DNA of 64,000 nucleotides from a virus. The position numbers were made by a program, and so were the translations under genes. The notes below the pieces were generated by a model. The model did not search any database. It saw only the letters and a list, made by a program, of their open reading frames with translations, and was not told the origin of the DNA. The stretch covers positions 1 to 64,000 of IMG/VR virus record IMGVR_UViG_3300025785_001261. The stretch is one strand, 5' to 3'. Below are positions 36,438 to 47,165 of this stretch, piece after piece (position 1 is the stretch's first letter; every line of letters begins with the position of its first letter).

Positions 36438-37107
36438 GTTGCTTCTCCTCTAGTATAGGATCAAACAAAGGCAAAGCACAAAAGGTCACTGTGTCTTTGG
36501 GTATGACTGTGGCCCGACGAAAAGCCACAACTGTTTCCAAGTTATAGTAGTTGTACCTTGTATCAATTGCTTGTGTCCATTTGAGTCCAGTTCCAATACC
36601 GGTGCCATTTACTATGTCATAATTGGGTTCAACGGTACCAGCAAATTCATTCCAATCAACAGGCCAATCCATGAGATACGGCAAAATCAATAATCGCCAA
36701 CCTGGTGCCATGCGGGCACGCCAGGGCCAATGTAGAAGTCTGACACCATACTCGTATGGACTGAAATCACCTGGTGCCCACTGTCCACGTTCACCACGGT
36801 TGGCAAAGCGTGTGCCGTACAGCATGTCAGGGTGCAAGCGACCACGATTGAAATATGTATCGTAGGTATTGACTTCTTCTGGTAAGGGGATGGTGAATCC
36901 CAAGTTAGCCAGGCCTCTGAATCCCAGACAGTTGCGTATGGTTTGCTGATCAGCTATGTCAATTTCGGCCTTGCGTGCTTTTTGTGCTTTGAACCAGTCT
37001 GGCATGTGATTTTGCATGGCTGTGGGTGCCGGACAGTTCAAGTACTGTATGGCAGGATCTGTACTGTACTCCCAGGTCAAGTAGTCGTTTACATATATAT
37101 CATTCAT
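36424..37107 (-). CDS. hypothetical protein
   Basis: 227 aa in operon; MPDWFK...TIRNC.G, PW....PGW. Confidence 0.7.
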   Translation of the reverse strand: MNDIYVNDYLTWEYSTDPAIQYLNCPAPTAMQNHMPDWFKAQKARKAEIDIADQQTIRNCLGFRGLANLGFTIPLPEEVNTYDTYFNRGRLHPDMLYGTRFANRGERGQWAPGDFSPYEYGVRLLHWPWRARMAPGWRLLILPYLMDWPVDWNEFAGTVEPNYDIVNGTGIGTGLKWTQAIDTRYNYYNLETVVAFRRATVIPKDTVTFCALPLFDPILEEKQRAMV

Positions 37108-38135
37108 AACAGATCCATTTGTTGTTGAGCATATCTGGGATCATTCCAGTGATATGTGTATTCTGCTCGGGCACTACTAGTGCGTATCTCGGTTACATCC
37201 AATCTGGAAGCCAGCATGTTCCATATTTGCACATAATCTTCTGTTCCAAAACTGCGTATCAAATTTACCTGGCCTATCTGCGGATGACCAATGGTAAGGG
37301 TTTTGTCTTCAGGATCAAATCCATTGGTTACTAACCATTCACGAAATTCAGCCAGTTGGCGGATTTGCCAATCATGTGCTCCAGGATCTCTGGCCCATTC
37401 AATGTCAAAATCGCCAGCAGCTTCGGTTTGATTTTTCAAGGTAGTTGTTGTCAACTCGTTGATCCTACTGTCGCGGCCTTCGTCCTGGAACACTTCCCAG
37501 TGATGCTTGCCTACGGCCTTGTTGACTCCTACATATACTCCACCCATTTTCCGATTGATTGTTTCAATTCCAAACAGTTCATAATCGGCTTCGTCCAATA
37601 CAAAACGTGGAGCATTTAGCCAACACATGAGTTGACTGGGTCTCATCCATTCGGGTGCGGTGTGTTTCTTGCGCCAACTCAAGGCCCAGCTTTCAAATTC
37701 ATGACACAGGAGATTCAGTTGTCGTATGTGCCAGCGCACCGATGCATCTGCATCACGATAAAAATGACTTATACGTCCGCTGACACCTTGAAGATCTTCA
37801 AAATATCTGTGAAGATGATTGAACCGTTCGCGTACAATGTTCATGTCATGGTCCATCACAGTATCCAACGTAAACACATCATCAATGGTATAACCTATAT
37901 TGGCTGAATTTATTTCGGCAATTGAATTGTTGATTTGACCACAAAGATAATCACCGTTTCTTTCAGAATCAGGAAATCCCATGAAACAGTAGTTTTTTTC
38001 TAAATGATATTGGTCACGTATCAAATCATTCAAGGCTGCCAACCATTTACGACTGAGACTGCTATCCCATACATTGATGTAGATGGTGAGATCTTCCAGA
38101 TCTATTTCTACAACATCAAGTAACGATTGATTCAT
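37104..38135 (-). CDS. hypothetical protein
   Basis: N.LHRYFE, LN.LCHEFE, VGKH motifs (possible metal-binding His). Confidence 0.7.
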   Translation of the reverse strand: MNQSLLDVVEIDLEDLTIYINVWDSSLSRKWLAALNDLIRDQYHLEKNYCFMGFPDSERNGDYLCGQINNSIAEINSANIGYTIDDVFTLDTVMDHDMNIVRERFNHLHRYFEDLQGVSGRISHFYRDADASVRWHIRQLNLLCHEFESWALSWRKKHTAPEWMRPSQLMCWLNAPRFVLDEADYELFGIETINRKMGGVYVGVNKAVGKHHWEVFQDEGRDSRINELTTTTLKNQTEAAGDFDIEWARDPGAHDWQIRQLAEFREWLVTNGFDPEDKTLTIGHPQIGQVNLIRSFGTEDYVQIWNMLASRLDVTEIRTSSARAEYTYHWNDPRYAQQQMDLL

Positions 38136-39417
38136 ACCATGCACCAATTTCTGGGTCTTGCCCTAGGATGTCCGCAAGAGTAAATGAATCTCCACGGATA
38201 GATTCTAATTGTAACACACGACGCTTGCCTCGTGCAAGAGATTCGGCAAAGGTATCAGGCCATTGCTCCTCAAATGTCGGACGACATTTGAGCTGTAGCA
38301 ATATATCTTGCATAGCTCCTGAAGTTTCGGTTATTAGACTGTCTACAGTTTTGTCTAATAACTCACGTGGCAAGGCCAATGGACTTAGGATTATGTCTGG
38401 AGTAAAACTGAATACTACCTTGGCCAGGATGTCTACGCCGAAGTCGGCGGCAAGAGACGTAATGTTGGCGACTTCAAAGAGTCCTGGTAGCGTAAGAGTA
38501 AAATCGATTCGCCATTGGCGGCGGTTCTTGGCCATGGCAACGCCTCGGGCGAAATTATCTCGCCATGCACTGTAATCAAGTCCGGTTCTGATGTATTCTC
38601 CTGTGGCTCCGGTTCCGTCGAGACTGGCACAGATTTGATAATCCCGTAGATGAGCCAAAATGTCACTATAAAGGTCACAACCCCTGTAATTAACCCGGCT
38701 AAGATTTGTGTTGTATCTAGCATAAACGCGATCTCCGTCGCCTAATTCAATAATTCTTTTCATGTATCGCCAGTGCTGTTCATACATGAGCGGCTCTCCA
38801 CCTACCCAGTACACTTCTTCTACACGATGTTCTTCTACTGCTTGAGCGAATTCACGTTCAATCTGACCGTCTTGAAAAGTACTTATCTCAGATCTGATCT
38901 CGGGGCGCATCCAGTTGTTTTTTGAATCGTCCCAGTTGATCATGTCATGCTGTCGCTGTTCGGTTTCCCACGCAGAACTCAGCATGTCACCACACATGCG
39001 GCATTTGAAATTGCACAGGTTACTGAATCTATAGTCCCAGGAAATTGGCTTGACTGTGGTAAAACCTGTAGCATCTGTGGCCTGCATGGCGGACTCATAA
39101 CGGTCGCCAAACATTCTGTTAAAATAACTACGATAAACATCAGTATTCAACAGTTGATTGTTGCATACATCACACTCGGGTAGAGTTTCACCGGCCATCA
39201 TTCTACGACGAACACTGCGCATATGATCGCTGTTCCAATGCTCGTCTAATGTGATAGGAATATACTGCCCGGTACCTGCGGCTGTATCTATGTACTGAGC
39301 AAAATTCTGCGCAGGTTCACGCGATGCACAGCACATTCTGCGTTCGGTTTGTGGACTTAGATACGTGTGAGTCCAAGGTGCCATACACAAGGTATCAGGT
39401 TTCACTTGTTGGTCCAA
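38116..39417 (-). CDS. radical SAM protein with N-terminal SPASM/twitch-like Cys domain
   Basis: CMAPW..MCC..CDVC; CNFKCRMC; GGEPL; YNTN. Confidence 0.9.
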   Translation of the reverse strand: MDQQVKPDTLCMAPWTHTYLSPQTERRMCCASREPAQNFAQYIDTAAGTGQYIPITLDEHWNSDHMRSVRRRMMAGETLPECDVCNNQLLNTDVYRSYFNRMFGDRYESAMQATDATGFTTVKPISWDYRFSNLCNFKCRMCGDMLSSAWETEQRQHDMINWDDSKNNWMRPEIRSEISTFQDGQIEREFAQAVEEHRVEEVYWVGGEPLMYEQHWRYMKRIIELGDGDRVYARYNTNLSRVNYRGCDLYSDILAHLRDYQICASLDGTGATGEYIRTGLDYSAWRDNFARGVAMAKNRRQWRIDFTLTLPGLFEVANITSLAADFGVDILAKVVFSFTPDIILSPLALPRELLDKTVDSLITETSGAMQDILLQLKCRPTFEEQWPDTFAESLARGKRRVLQLESIRGDSFTLADILGQDPEIGAWYESIVT

Positions 39418-39914
39418 TTGATATATAGGGTTTTTCTGTAGGACACATGGGCCACTTCGCCAATCATATGATGCAAGATCTTGTTGCTGTTGTGTAACAT
39501 TATTCCATGATTTTTGCGATATTCAACAAAATATTCTGCGTCATCTTCGTAGTATTTGGTGCCCATTTCACCATGGCCCCAGGTGTCAAGATATACGATG
39601 ATCACATTATGTACATTTTCAAAATCCACATGGATAGTATTTCTGTAACCAGGGTAATCTCTCCATAGTTCTATCGAAGAAGATTTTGGCACATCAAAAC
39701 AGGCCAGTATGCGTTGACGCAGTTCGGTGTTGGCCAATAACAACACATGTCGATCAGATCCAGATAACGGTGTCAGCAGTTCCGGAGCATCATCAGCTGT
39801 CTGTATACGGGTAGGTGTAAATGTATCTACTAGATCGATTATTTCCTGCAGGAGATCATCTGGAAATACATCACACAGTCTCGCCCCATTGGGGGACAAA
39901 GGTTTGATGTGCAT
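39402..39914 (-). CDS. 2OG-Fe(II) oxygenase family protein
   Basis: WRDYPGY...HVD...YL...GT...H.M....R. Confidence 0.7.
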   Translation of the reverse strand: MHIKPLSPNGARLCDVFPDDLLQEIIDLVDTFTPTRIQTADDAPELLTPLSGSDRHVLLLANTELRQRILACFDVPKSSSIELWRDYPGYRNTIHVDFENVHNVIIVYLDTWGHGEMGTKYYEDDAEYFVEYRKNHGIMLHNSNKILHHMIGEVAHVSYRKTLYINWTNK

Positions 39915-39915
39915 G

Positions 39916-41133
39916 TTAATCTGGTCCCATATAATTGATCATGTGAGCGAATTCTGGTTCCACCTTACAGAGATTTTGACCACGTCGGCGATCCAGATTG
40001 GCCATTTCTCTACGCATGTTGAAACCGTCTAGACTGACACCGCCCAGCATGAAATCAATGATGCGATCAAATTCCTTACGGTCCTGCGGATTGACCCGAG
40101 CCAGGCGCAGACGTTGTGCGATTGTATACTTGGCCGATTCTGGCAAGGTGCTGATACTAAAGTAATAGGCTTCATGCATCATGTTCCAGTAGACAAAATC
40201 AAACTGTTGTTGCTCAATCCAGTGACTTAATTCTTCAAGATAGCATACATTAAATACATTCACCGTGGCACATACCTGTAGTTGTATGTTGTCACAACGT
40301 CTGCGCATGTCTTGGAAACGTTCAATGTTGGCACACACTTCGGTCCATTGAGCATTGCTACGTTGGTATTCAAATCTAGCACCCACATCGTCGATGCTGA
40401 AAGCTATTTCCACTGTTTTAAAATAGCGCCAAATTTCTTCAGCTTGCTCAGGCCATTGTGTGCCATTGGTGTTGTAATGTATTTCTATATTGTGAGCTAT
40501 GCCGCGATTGATCAAGCCCTGCAACATGTCAAAGTGTTCTTGGATCATAAATGGTTCGCCACCGGTGAATTCAATGTAGCGTATTTGATCTGACACTTGA
40601 TCTATTTCAGTCCAGAATGTTTCATTTTCTCTAGGCCATGCACCGTTGCGTAACATTTGATAATGAAAACTGGTTTTCTTATCTTCACCGGGTTCCAAAT
40701 TGGCCAGTTCTTCTATGGCAAATGTACTTGAGCTCCATGATCCACAGATACGACATTTTAAATTGCAGATGTTGCCCAGCTTGAGATCTAAGAACATGAG
40801 TGGTTTGGCATCTGCGGTCCATTCTGAATCGTCAATCATGTGCTTGAGTCGATCCAGGGTATGCATACGCTTCGATGTACGGCCACTACGTTCTTCACGC
40901 CAGCATTTTCTACAGGTCTGTGGCTGTTCACCGGCTAGGAACTGTTCACGTAGATGTCGCATACTGGCGCTGTCCTGTATGCTACTGAATTGTGCGGTGG
41001 CCAGATTGAATTTTTGTCCAGACTCATCTACCAGTTCATCTTCGGCCAGGCAACAAGGACGTACCGTGCCAACAGGACTGGTTTCCAAGCTGATCCATGG
41101 CAGTACGCAGAATCGATCGTGTGGTATTTTCAT
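39916..41133 (-). CDS. radical SAM protein with N-terminal SPASM/twitch-like domain
   Basis: CVLPW..PCC..CRKC; CNLKCRIC; GGEPF; YNTNGT. Confidence 0.9.
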   Translation of the reverse strand: MKIPHDRFCVLPWISLETSPVGTVRPCCLAEDELVDESGQKFNLATAQFSSIQDSASMRHLREQFLAGEQPQTCRKCWREERSGRTSKRMHTLDRLKHMIDDSEWTADAKPLMFLDLKLGNICNLKCRICGSWSSSTFAIEELANLEPGEDKKTSFHYQMLRNGAWPRENETFWTEIDQVSDQIRYIEFTGGEPFMIQEHFDMLQGLINRGIAHNIEIHYNTNGTQWPEQAEEIWRYFKTVEIAFSIDDVGARFEYQRSNAQWTEVCANIERFQDMRRRCDNIQLQVCATVNVFNVCYLEELSHWIEQQQFDFVYWNMMHEAYYFSISTLPESAKYTIAQRLRLARVNPQDRKEFDRIIDFMLGGVSLDGFNMRREMANLDRRRGQNLCKVEPEFAHMINYMGPD

Positions 41134-42455
41134 CGGAGCGGAACTCGTTTATCTTCAGGACGATATTGAACAATGGCCTCCAGCTCCGGAACCACACTCA
41201 ACAAACTTTCACTGCGGCTCCAATCCAAATCGTTGACTGCTTGCCAAAAATTCTTCAACAAGTGACTATTGTCTTGGGCCATCATGAATTCAATCGCGCC
41301 GCGGAATCCACCTACAGCACGCTGTATGGTGTCAAGGGGTTCAAGCCATGCTATGTGTGCTTCAAATTCGGCTTTGAATTTAAGTTTTAATTCCATGGGC
41401 AACATGTCTATACGATAACTGTCAGGACCTTGCAGTATGTTTAAATTGAAATCCTGCGCCCGGATATACCCGGATTCCACCATGTAGCGATGGAATCGGG
41501 TAAAATTCCAGATATTCATCATGCTGAGCGTAGGACTGATCATAAAATCAATATGTGGACATTCGCGTTTCAAGTCACGTATATTCTGTTCAACTTGTGC
41601 CCAGTCGGTGCCCGAACGTATGATGCCGGCTCGATCACCCATGTCGTCTAGGCTGGCTGCCACGCATACATTAGGAAACTGTTTCCACAGATCCAACACA
41701 CTTTCCTTTTTAAATTTCAATTCAGTTAGATTGGTATTATAGATCAATCCAAGATCGGTATTGCCTTTTTCAATCAGCAGTTTTAGGATACGATTGTGTT
41801 CTTCCATGATCAAGGGTTCGCCGCCGGCGAAATATATCTGTGTTAAGTGTGGGATATGCTCCTGCATCTGTTCCCAGATATCTTCATCGTGCCGTCCGGC
41901 AAATGATACACGTGGTCGTAGTTCTTTACCCCACAGCTTGACATCATCATCATACCAACGACTGCTGAATATAGAGCCACAGCTGCGACATTTTAAATTG
42001 CAGATGTTACTAAAACGCACATCCCAATAGTGCAGACGCATGTCAGGTAAACTGCCGTCGGCACGGGTTTCGTCTACTTCAGCAATATAGTGTCCAAAGT
42101 TTTTGTTTGAATTGTTTCGCATGCTGGCAAAACCAGCGGCTTCCTGTTCATAACAGTCGCTGCATTCACGACAAGGTTTTTCTTCCAACATGTTTCTGCG
42201 CATTTCACGCATGCCTTCGGCATTCCATACTTCACGCATGGTCTGTTGTTTAAGATCACCCACTGGGTATTTGCCATTTGCCAAACAGCAAGGATAAGCG
42301 CGACCGTCGGGCCAGGCATGCAGATGTATCCAAGGTAGTATACAAAAATGCTCTGACTCCATCAAGCGATGCTTCTGCTTGTCGTCTAGCTCATCCAGTG
42401 CTATGTAATTAGGCACTCGATCCATCCAGTTGTATTTTCCTATAATCTTGCTCAC
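41130..42455 (-). CDS. radical SAM protein with N-terminal SPASM/twitch-like domain
   Basis: CILPW..PCC..CSDC; CNLKCRSC; GGEPL; start uncertain (GTG 42455 or ATG 42425). Confidence 0.9.
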   Translation of the reverse strand: MSKIIGKYNWMDRVPNYIALDELDDKQKHRLMESEHFCILPWIHLHAWPDGRAYPCCLANGKYPVGDLKQQTMREVWNAEGMREMRRNMLEEKPCRECSDCYEQEAAGFASMRNNSNKNFGHYIAEVDETRADGSLPDMRLHYWDVRFSNICNLKCRSCGSIFSSRWYDDDVKLWGKELRPRVSFAGRHDEDIWEQMQEHIPHLTQIYFAGGEPLIMEEHNRILKLLIEKGNTDLGLIYNTNLTELKFKKESVLDLWKQFPNVCVAASLDDMGDRAGIIRSGTDWAQVEQNIRDLKRECPHIDFMISPTLSMMNIWNFTRFHRYMVESGYIRAQDFNLNILQGPDSYRIDMLPMELKLKFKAEFEAHIAWLEPLDTIQRAVGGFRGAIEFMMAQDNSHLLKNFWQAVNDLDWSRSESLLSVVPELEAIVQYRPEDKRVPLR

Positions 42456-43783
42456 AGTGTATGGTACCAATCTTGTAGTTGTGCGAATGTTTTGCTAAAG
42501 TTTTTTCCTCGACGCTGATCATATTGCTTATAAAACTGCTTGAAGTCGTTGTGCAGTTTGGGCATTTCAAACGCTTCAGAATGTGGCGTCTTGACCACAT
42601 CAAGATAATCAATAAGTCGTTGTACATGATTGCGTTCATGTTCGTGGATCATGTCATCGGATCCCCACTGATCCAGCCAGGCCTCTAGCTGTTGCTTGTG
42701 CCGGGTGCGTATTACATCGGGCAAGACCAAGGCGCTTTGAAAGCTAGGGAATCTGAGTATGTTTAGAGTGAAGCTGGGAAAGTCTCGACCATATTGATGT
42801 TTCCAACGCATGAATACTGTCAGTAGGTCGGGCAAGGTGTCCAAGCACAAGGCATTGATGGTGCACATGACGTGCAGGCCACGCAGACGATCACTGTCCA
42901 TCAATTTGATCATGTTCATGACCCAAGCACTGTAATCAAGCCCGTCTCTGATGTATTCAGCCTGGACTCCAACACTTTCCTGGCTGGTGTATAGATCCAG
43001 TTCTATCCCTTGGGTGGCAGTCAACAAGCGATCTAGATCCACGCCAGGACCTAAATTTGAGTTGATGGCTAGTCGTGTAGAACTACGCCCAGGGTTATTT
43101 TGAAACCAGTCAATCAGCTTCCAGGTATCACCACTCATGAGTGGCTCGCCACCAGTGATCCTTAGTTCTTGGAGTGTTTGATGGAGGTCTGTTTCCCACC
43201 ACTTGAAAAACGCTTCAACATAGGGATTTGTTTCGCCAAAGCGGTATAGTTGACTAGTATCGTGAGCATGAGTAAAGTGGCCACGCCCATCAGACACCAG
43301 GCCGTCATAGGCGCCGTTGGATCGTATGTCACGAACCCATGTGCTACTGAAAGCAGGGTTACAATAGCTACAAGCGAATTGGCAAGTGCGATCGAACGCG
43401 ATTTCAAGCGTGCGAAGATTGACATCTTCTTGGTGTGGTTTTTGATATGCTTCATTTAAGGCCTCCAGAGGGTAAATTCGACTTTTGTACACACGGTCAC
43501 TCACAGCATCGCGACCCATGTCTTCGATTTTCCAACAGTATTCGCAACCTTTGGGACGGTTACCCAACTGCATGTTCAATCGATCTATTTTCTTCTCTAC
43601 TGTGTTGTGTATGGCACTGGGACGGGTTTTGATTTCCTCTACGTCAATGGCATGTGCCGGTGGATGATGACAACTTGTGGTCTGACCAGATCCCAACCAG
43701 ATAGTGGCATTGTACCATTTGGCCGCGCAGAAGCTGGCACTTTTTGGGTCTAAGACCTGTTGTTTAAACTCTAAATCGTTCAC
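42452..43783 (-). CDS. radical SAM protein (CHH-type N-terminal domain)
   Basis: CAAKW..SCHHP..CEYCW; CQFACSYC; GGEPL; start reassigned to GTG 43783. Confidence 0.9.
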   Translation of the reverse strand: MNDLEFKQQVLDPKSASFCAAKWYNATIWLGSGQTTSCHHPPAHAIDVEEIKTRPSAIHNTVEKKIDRLNMQLGNRPKGCEYCWKIEDMGRDAVSDRVYKSRIYPLEALNEAYQKPHQEDVNLRTLEIAFDRTCQFACSYCNPAFSSTWVRDIRSNGAYDGLVSDGRGHFTHAHDTSQLYRFGETNPYVEAFFKWWETDLHQTLQELRITGGEPLMSGDTWKLIDWFQNNPGRSSTRLAINSNLGPGVDLDRLLTATQGIELDLYTSQESVGVQAEYIRDGLDYSAWVMNMIKLMDSDRLRGLHVMCTINALCLDTLPDLLTVFMRWKHQYGRDFPSFTLNILRFPSFQSALVLPDVIRTRHKQQLEAWLDQWGSDDMIHEHERNHVQRLIDYLDVVKTPHSEAFEMPKLHNDFKQFYKQYDQRRGKNFSKTFAQLQDWYHTL

Positions 43784-44837
43784 GTATAAATTTTTCAAAG
43801 CGTTGAGGAAATTCGGCACGGACCTGTAGCCGCATGTCTGCGAGATGTTGCTTGTTGTATTTACACACATCCTCGCAGGCTGTAAGGAAACTGGCCAGAT
43901 CTTGCTGACACAGATCTCGTATCACTTCGGCACATCGCACTACACGAACATGATTGTCGGCTATGTTATCAAAAGATTCATCTATCACATGTCCAAACGT
44001 GCGGAAACCCAGTTTGTGTAGATCTCTATAAAATCCACAATTGGCCACAGCAATAAATGGATGACCAATGGCTATGGGTTTCCATATTTTTTCTGTCCGG
44101 AAACTGTAAGGATATCTATGCACTGTTTCGGTGACCACGCTGAAATATGTGTCCTGATAAGGACGAGCCTTGAGATATATTTCTCCCCAGATTCCGCGGA
44201 ACAGTTGATTTTTGATCAGTCCCACCGAGACTGTGGTATCGACAGTCGAATCAAACATGTCAGGTTCATAACCGGCCGGTAAAAGCTGTATTGGGCCGTT
44301 GCCACTATCCAAATTGGTCCACAAGGCCTGATCCAGTACCGGTCTCAACAGGTCTATCATGTAGCGTCTATGATCGCGTTGTCGTCCATTCAGGAACAGG
44401 AACTTATAAGGACGATCTGTAGAATATTGATCCTGATACTGTTGCACTGCTTCCATGTTTTCCACATAGTCATACAGCTTGGGCAAAAAACTTTCATACA
44501 ACAGATGCGGATACTGTGCAGGGATATCACCGCCGGTGATAACTGGAATCTGCCCTTGCTCAAGCAGATCCATCACTTTCAATCCAAATTCACAGTGAGT
44601 AATCACAGTTTCGGACCCTTCGGCTGGATTGCTAAAAACTACATCTATAGTTTTATTTCGCACAAGATCTACGATGAGATCGCGATTGGCATTGAACTGC
44701 TGTCGACCAATCACATATACTGCGCCTGGCAAAATTTCGTGTTGCGATAAATCCCAAAATTCTGCATCAATCCAAGGTTGTATTAGATCAGATATTTCAC
44801 TAAAGGTGTCTACTACCAGCTTACGATTGCCTAGCAT
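43764..44837 (-). CDS. GT10-like putative glycosyltransferase, paralogue 6
   Basis: SVVTET...FRTEKIWKPI..GHPF...GFRTF..IDESFD. Confidence 0.6.
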   Translation of the reverse strand: MLGNRKLVVDTFSEISDLIQPWIDAEFWDLSQHEILPGAVYVIGRQQFNANRDLIVDLVRNKTIDVVFSNPAEGSETVITHCEFGLKVMDLLEQGQIPVITGGDIPAQYPHLLYESFLPKLYDYVENMEAVQQYQDQYSTDRPYKFLFLNGRQRDHRRYMIDLLRPVLDQALWTNLDSGNGPIQLLPAGYEPDMFDSTVDTTVSVGLIKNQLFRGIWGEIYLKARPYQDTYFSVVTETVHRYPYSFRTEKIWKPIAIGHPFIAVANCGFYRDLHKLGFRTFGHVIDESFDNIADNHVRVVRCAEVIRDLCQQDLASFLTACEDVCKYNKQHLADMRLQVRAEFPQRFEKFIRERFRV

Positions 44838-46236
44838 AGTATTCGCACTCCTTCCACCAGGCAGTCATTTCTGGAAAGGTCTTTAAAAAATCTGTGCCAT
44901 GTCTGCGATCGGCTTCGCTAAAGAATCTAAAAAAGTCGGCCTTGTTGCGTTGTAAGTATGCAGGCTCTAACTTTTGTCCATCACGCATCCAGGCTATGTC
45001 GCGATCCAGTCTGGCTATCTCGTAGTCTTTGAATCCATGAAAAGGATCGTCCTCGCGTTCAATTTGACGTATCATCCAGGCCCAGAGATATTCCAACTGT
45101 TCTGCATAACTTTCAGGCAGTAGCTGTAAACTTTGCCAGGCAGGCTGACGAAGTACAGGAGTGTCAAACCAAACACGTTGATAAGTCTTGCTGTACAGTT
45201 TGCGCAGGCCTAAAATACCAGCAAACAGGCTACTGAGATTGGTCACACTCAGATTGTTCATGGTCACAATAAAAGTAATGCTGTTGCGACCAGGAATCTC
45301 TGTTAGAAATTGATTAACGCGATCCCATAAGAGATTAAAATCTAAACCGTGACGAATATATTCAGCCTGCGACCCCCACGAATCCAAACTTACATACTGC
45401 ATAAAATGTTCGATCTTTTCACCCTCACACAGTTCTTTCACATGGCCTTTGTATTTTTGCCACGACTTTTCATCCACACTAAAATTACTAGTCACATCCA
45501 AGTGTAAGTTGGGTTTAGGGTTGGCCAACACATAGTCAAACACACGATAGGTATTCTTATCCAGCATGGGTTCGCCGCCAGTCATGCGGAAATGTTCTAG
45601 TTCTGGATACAGTTCAGGCCACCAAGACCAAAATGCATCAACGTAGGGATTGGCGTCACGACTAGGTATAGGGCGATTGCGACCAGTAAAGTGACTGGGA
45701 TCATTGTGTATAGTGCCAGTAGGATATCCTCCCCACTTATCAACTTCTGCTTGCCAAGTTGAGCTAAACTGCGGACTACAGTAACTACAAGCCAAATTAC
45801 AGGCGTGATTAAAATTAACTTCAACATAACTAGGAACAACATTTTCATCTCCTGAGGAATTCATTATTGATTCAAAATTTACGGCCGCCCATGGCTCGCC
45901 CGATCTGTAGTGTCGATCACTTAGTTTGCCATTGTCCTCCATGCTCCAGCAGTAGCTACATTCTGCAGGACGTTCTTGTTGCAACATGATCTTGCGTTGT
46001 ATTTTTTTGTAGGGTGTATTGTGCAGAATACTAGGATCGTTGGCCAGCGACTCAGTGGGTATTTCATGCAAGGGAGGATGGTAGCAACTGTTGTTGAGTC
46101 CGGTAGTTAAATGAAGGCTTACCTGTTTCCATTTGGCCAGGCACATGGCCGGACCCAACAGAGCCTGCATGTCCTCGGCACTGCTCAGAAATTTAGATTT
46201 GAAATCTGAAGTGATTTCATCACCCTTGTTTACCAT
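44821..46236 (-). CDS. radical SAM protein (CYH-type N-terminal domain)
   Basis: CLAKW..SCYHP..CSYCW; CNLACSYC; GGEPM. Confidence 0.9.
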   Translation of the reverse strand: MVNKGDEITSDFKSKFLSSAEDMQALLGPAMCLAKWKQVSLHLTTGLNNSCYHPPLHEIPTESLANDPSILHNTPYKKIQRKIMLQQERPAECSYCWSMEDNGKLSDRHYRSGEPWAAVNFESIMNSSGDENVVPSYVEVNFNHACNLACSYCSPQFSSTWQAEVDKWGGYPTGTIHNDPSHFTGRNRPIPSRDANPYVDAFWSWWPELYPELEHFRMTGGEPMLDKNTYRVFDYVLANPKPNLHLDVTSNFSVDEKSWQKYKGHVKELCEGEKIEHFMQYVSLDSWGSQAEYIRHGLDFNLLWDRVNQFLTEIPGRNSITFIVTMNNLSVTNLSSLFAGILGLRKLYSKTYQRVWFDTPVLRQPAWQSLQLLPESYAEQLEYLWAWMIRQIEREDDPFHGFKDYEIARLDRDIAWMRDGQKLEPAYLQRNKADFFRFFSEADRRHGTDFLKTFPEMTAWWKECEYYARQS

Positions 46237-47165
46237 CCTTCTTGACTCCTGATCACATCAATTTCTTTGTCCATAAAATGACGGTTTTGCCAGTTACTGC
46301 GATAATGATGTTTGAAGAAGGCGCTTTCTTTCTCCAACATCATGTTGATGGGCAGACTCAGTTGTGTGGTAAGATCCTCGGCCACACGGCCAGCAAGTAG
46401 TTCTGGATTAGAATTTTCCACCGTTGTCCATAATTGAGCCAGAGTATCAAAGTCCTGCACCTGTTTGTAGTCCCAATCGGTCAGCATGGTCATGTAGGTG
46501 CCCATACGTGATCCTGCGATAGCCCAGATGCCATTGTCTACATCGCGTCCTACATTGTGCCATATGGTCAAGTGATCAAGATTGCGATGATGTACACGAT
46601 CTTGGAATTCTGTTACTGTGGGGCGTGCGCCTTGATTCAAGCACATCTTCACTCCTTCACGGAAGCCAGCACGCCAGGCCTGGAAAGCAGATCCGTTAGG
46701 GTAAGTGGTACTATAACAGTTGTACATGGCATGATAATCTGGATAGAAACAGAACTCCACATCATTGGCCGCAGAACCGTCTGTGTTTTCATGGGTACGC
46801 ATGGTGGCCACGAACTCTCGGGTCCAGCATGACAGTCCGCCATTGCCGTACATGAGTCCATTGATGATGTTTCTAGCACGCCAACGAAATACAGCACGGT
46901 GCTCATGGGCACCTTTGAGTACGATACGTTGATTGAAAAAATCTTCGTCAGGAATGTTGTCACCGTCGATCAAGATGAATCGCTCAGTTGTACTCATTTC
47001 AGCTGCGGCCTTATGTGCGGCGTCTGATCCTTTGATGCCATCTACACGTCGTGCCCAGGGCACCATATTTTTGATACGCACCCAAGTTTCTTCCTTGTTG
47101 GGTTCATCATAGCTGAGGTATATGCAATCCAAATCGGCTACGTCTATTCCTGTTACTTCAATCAT
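46230..47165 (-). CDS. GT-A-fold glycosyltransferase-like protein
   Basis: YLSYDEPN, GIKGSDAAHKAAA, IDGDN (DxD), YGNGG, WRAGFREG. Confidence 0.65.
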   Translation of the reverse strand: MIEVTGIDVADLDCIYLSYDEPNKEETWVRIKNMVPWARRVDGIKGSDAAHKAAAEMSTTERFILIDGDNIPDEDFFNQRIVLKGAHEHRAVFRWRARNIINGLMYGNGGLSCWTREFVATMRTHENTDGSAANDVEFCFYPDYHAMYNCYSTTYPNGSAFQAWRAGFREGVKMCLNQGARPTVTEFQDRVHHRNLDHLTIWHNVGRDVDNGIWAIAGSRMGTYMTMLTDWDYKQVQDFDTLAQLWTTVENSNPELLAGRVAEDLTTQLSLPINMMLEKESAFFKHHYRSNWQNRHFMDKEIDVIRSQEGW

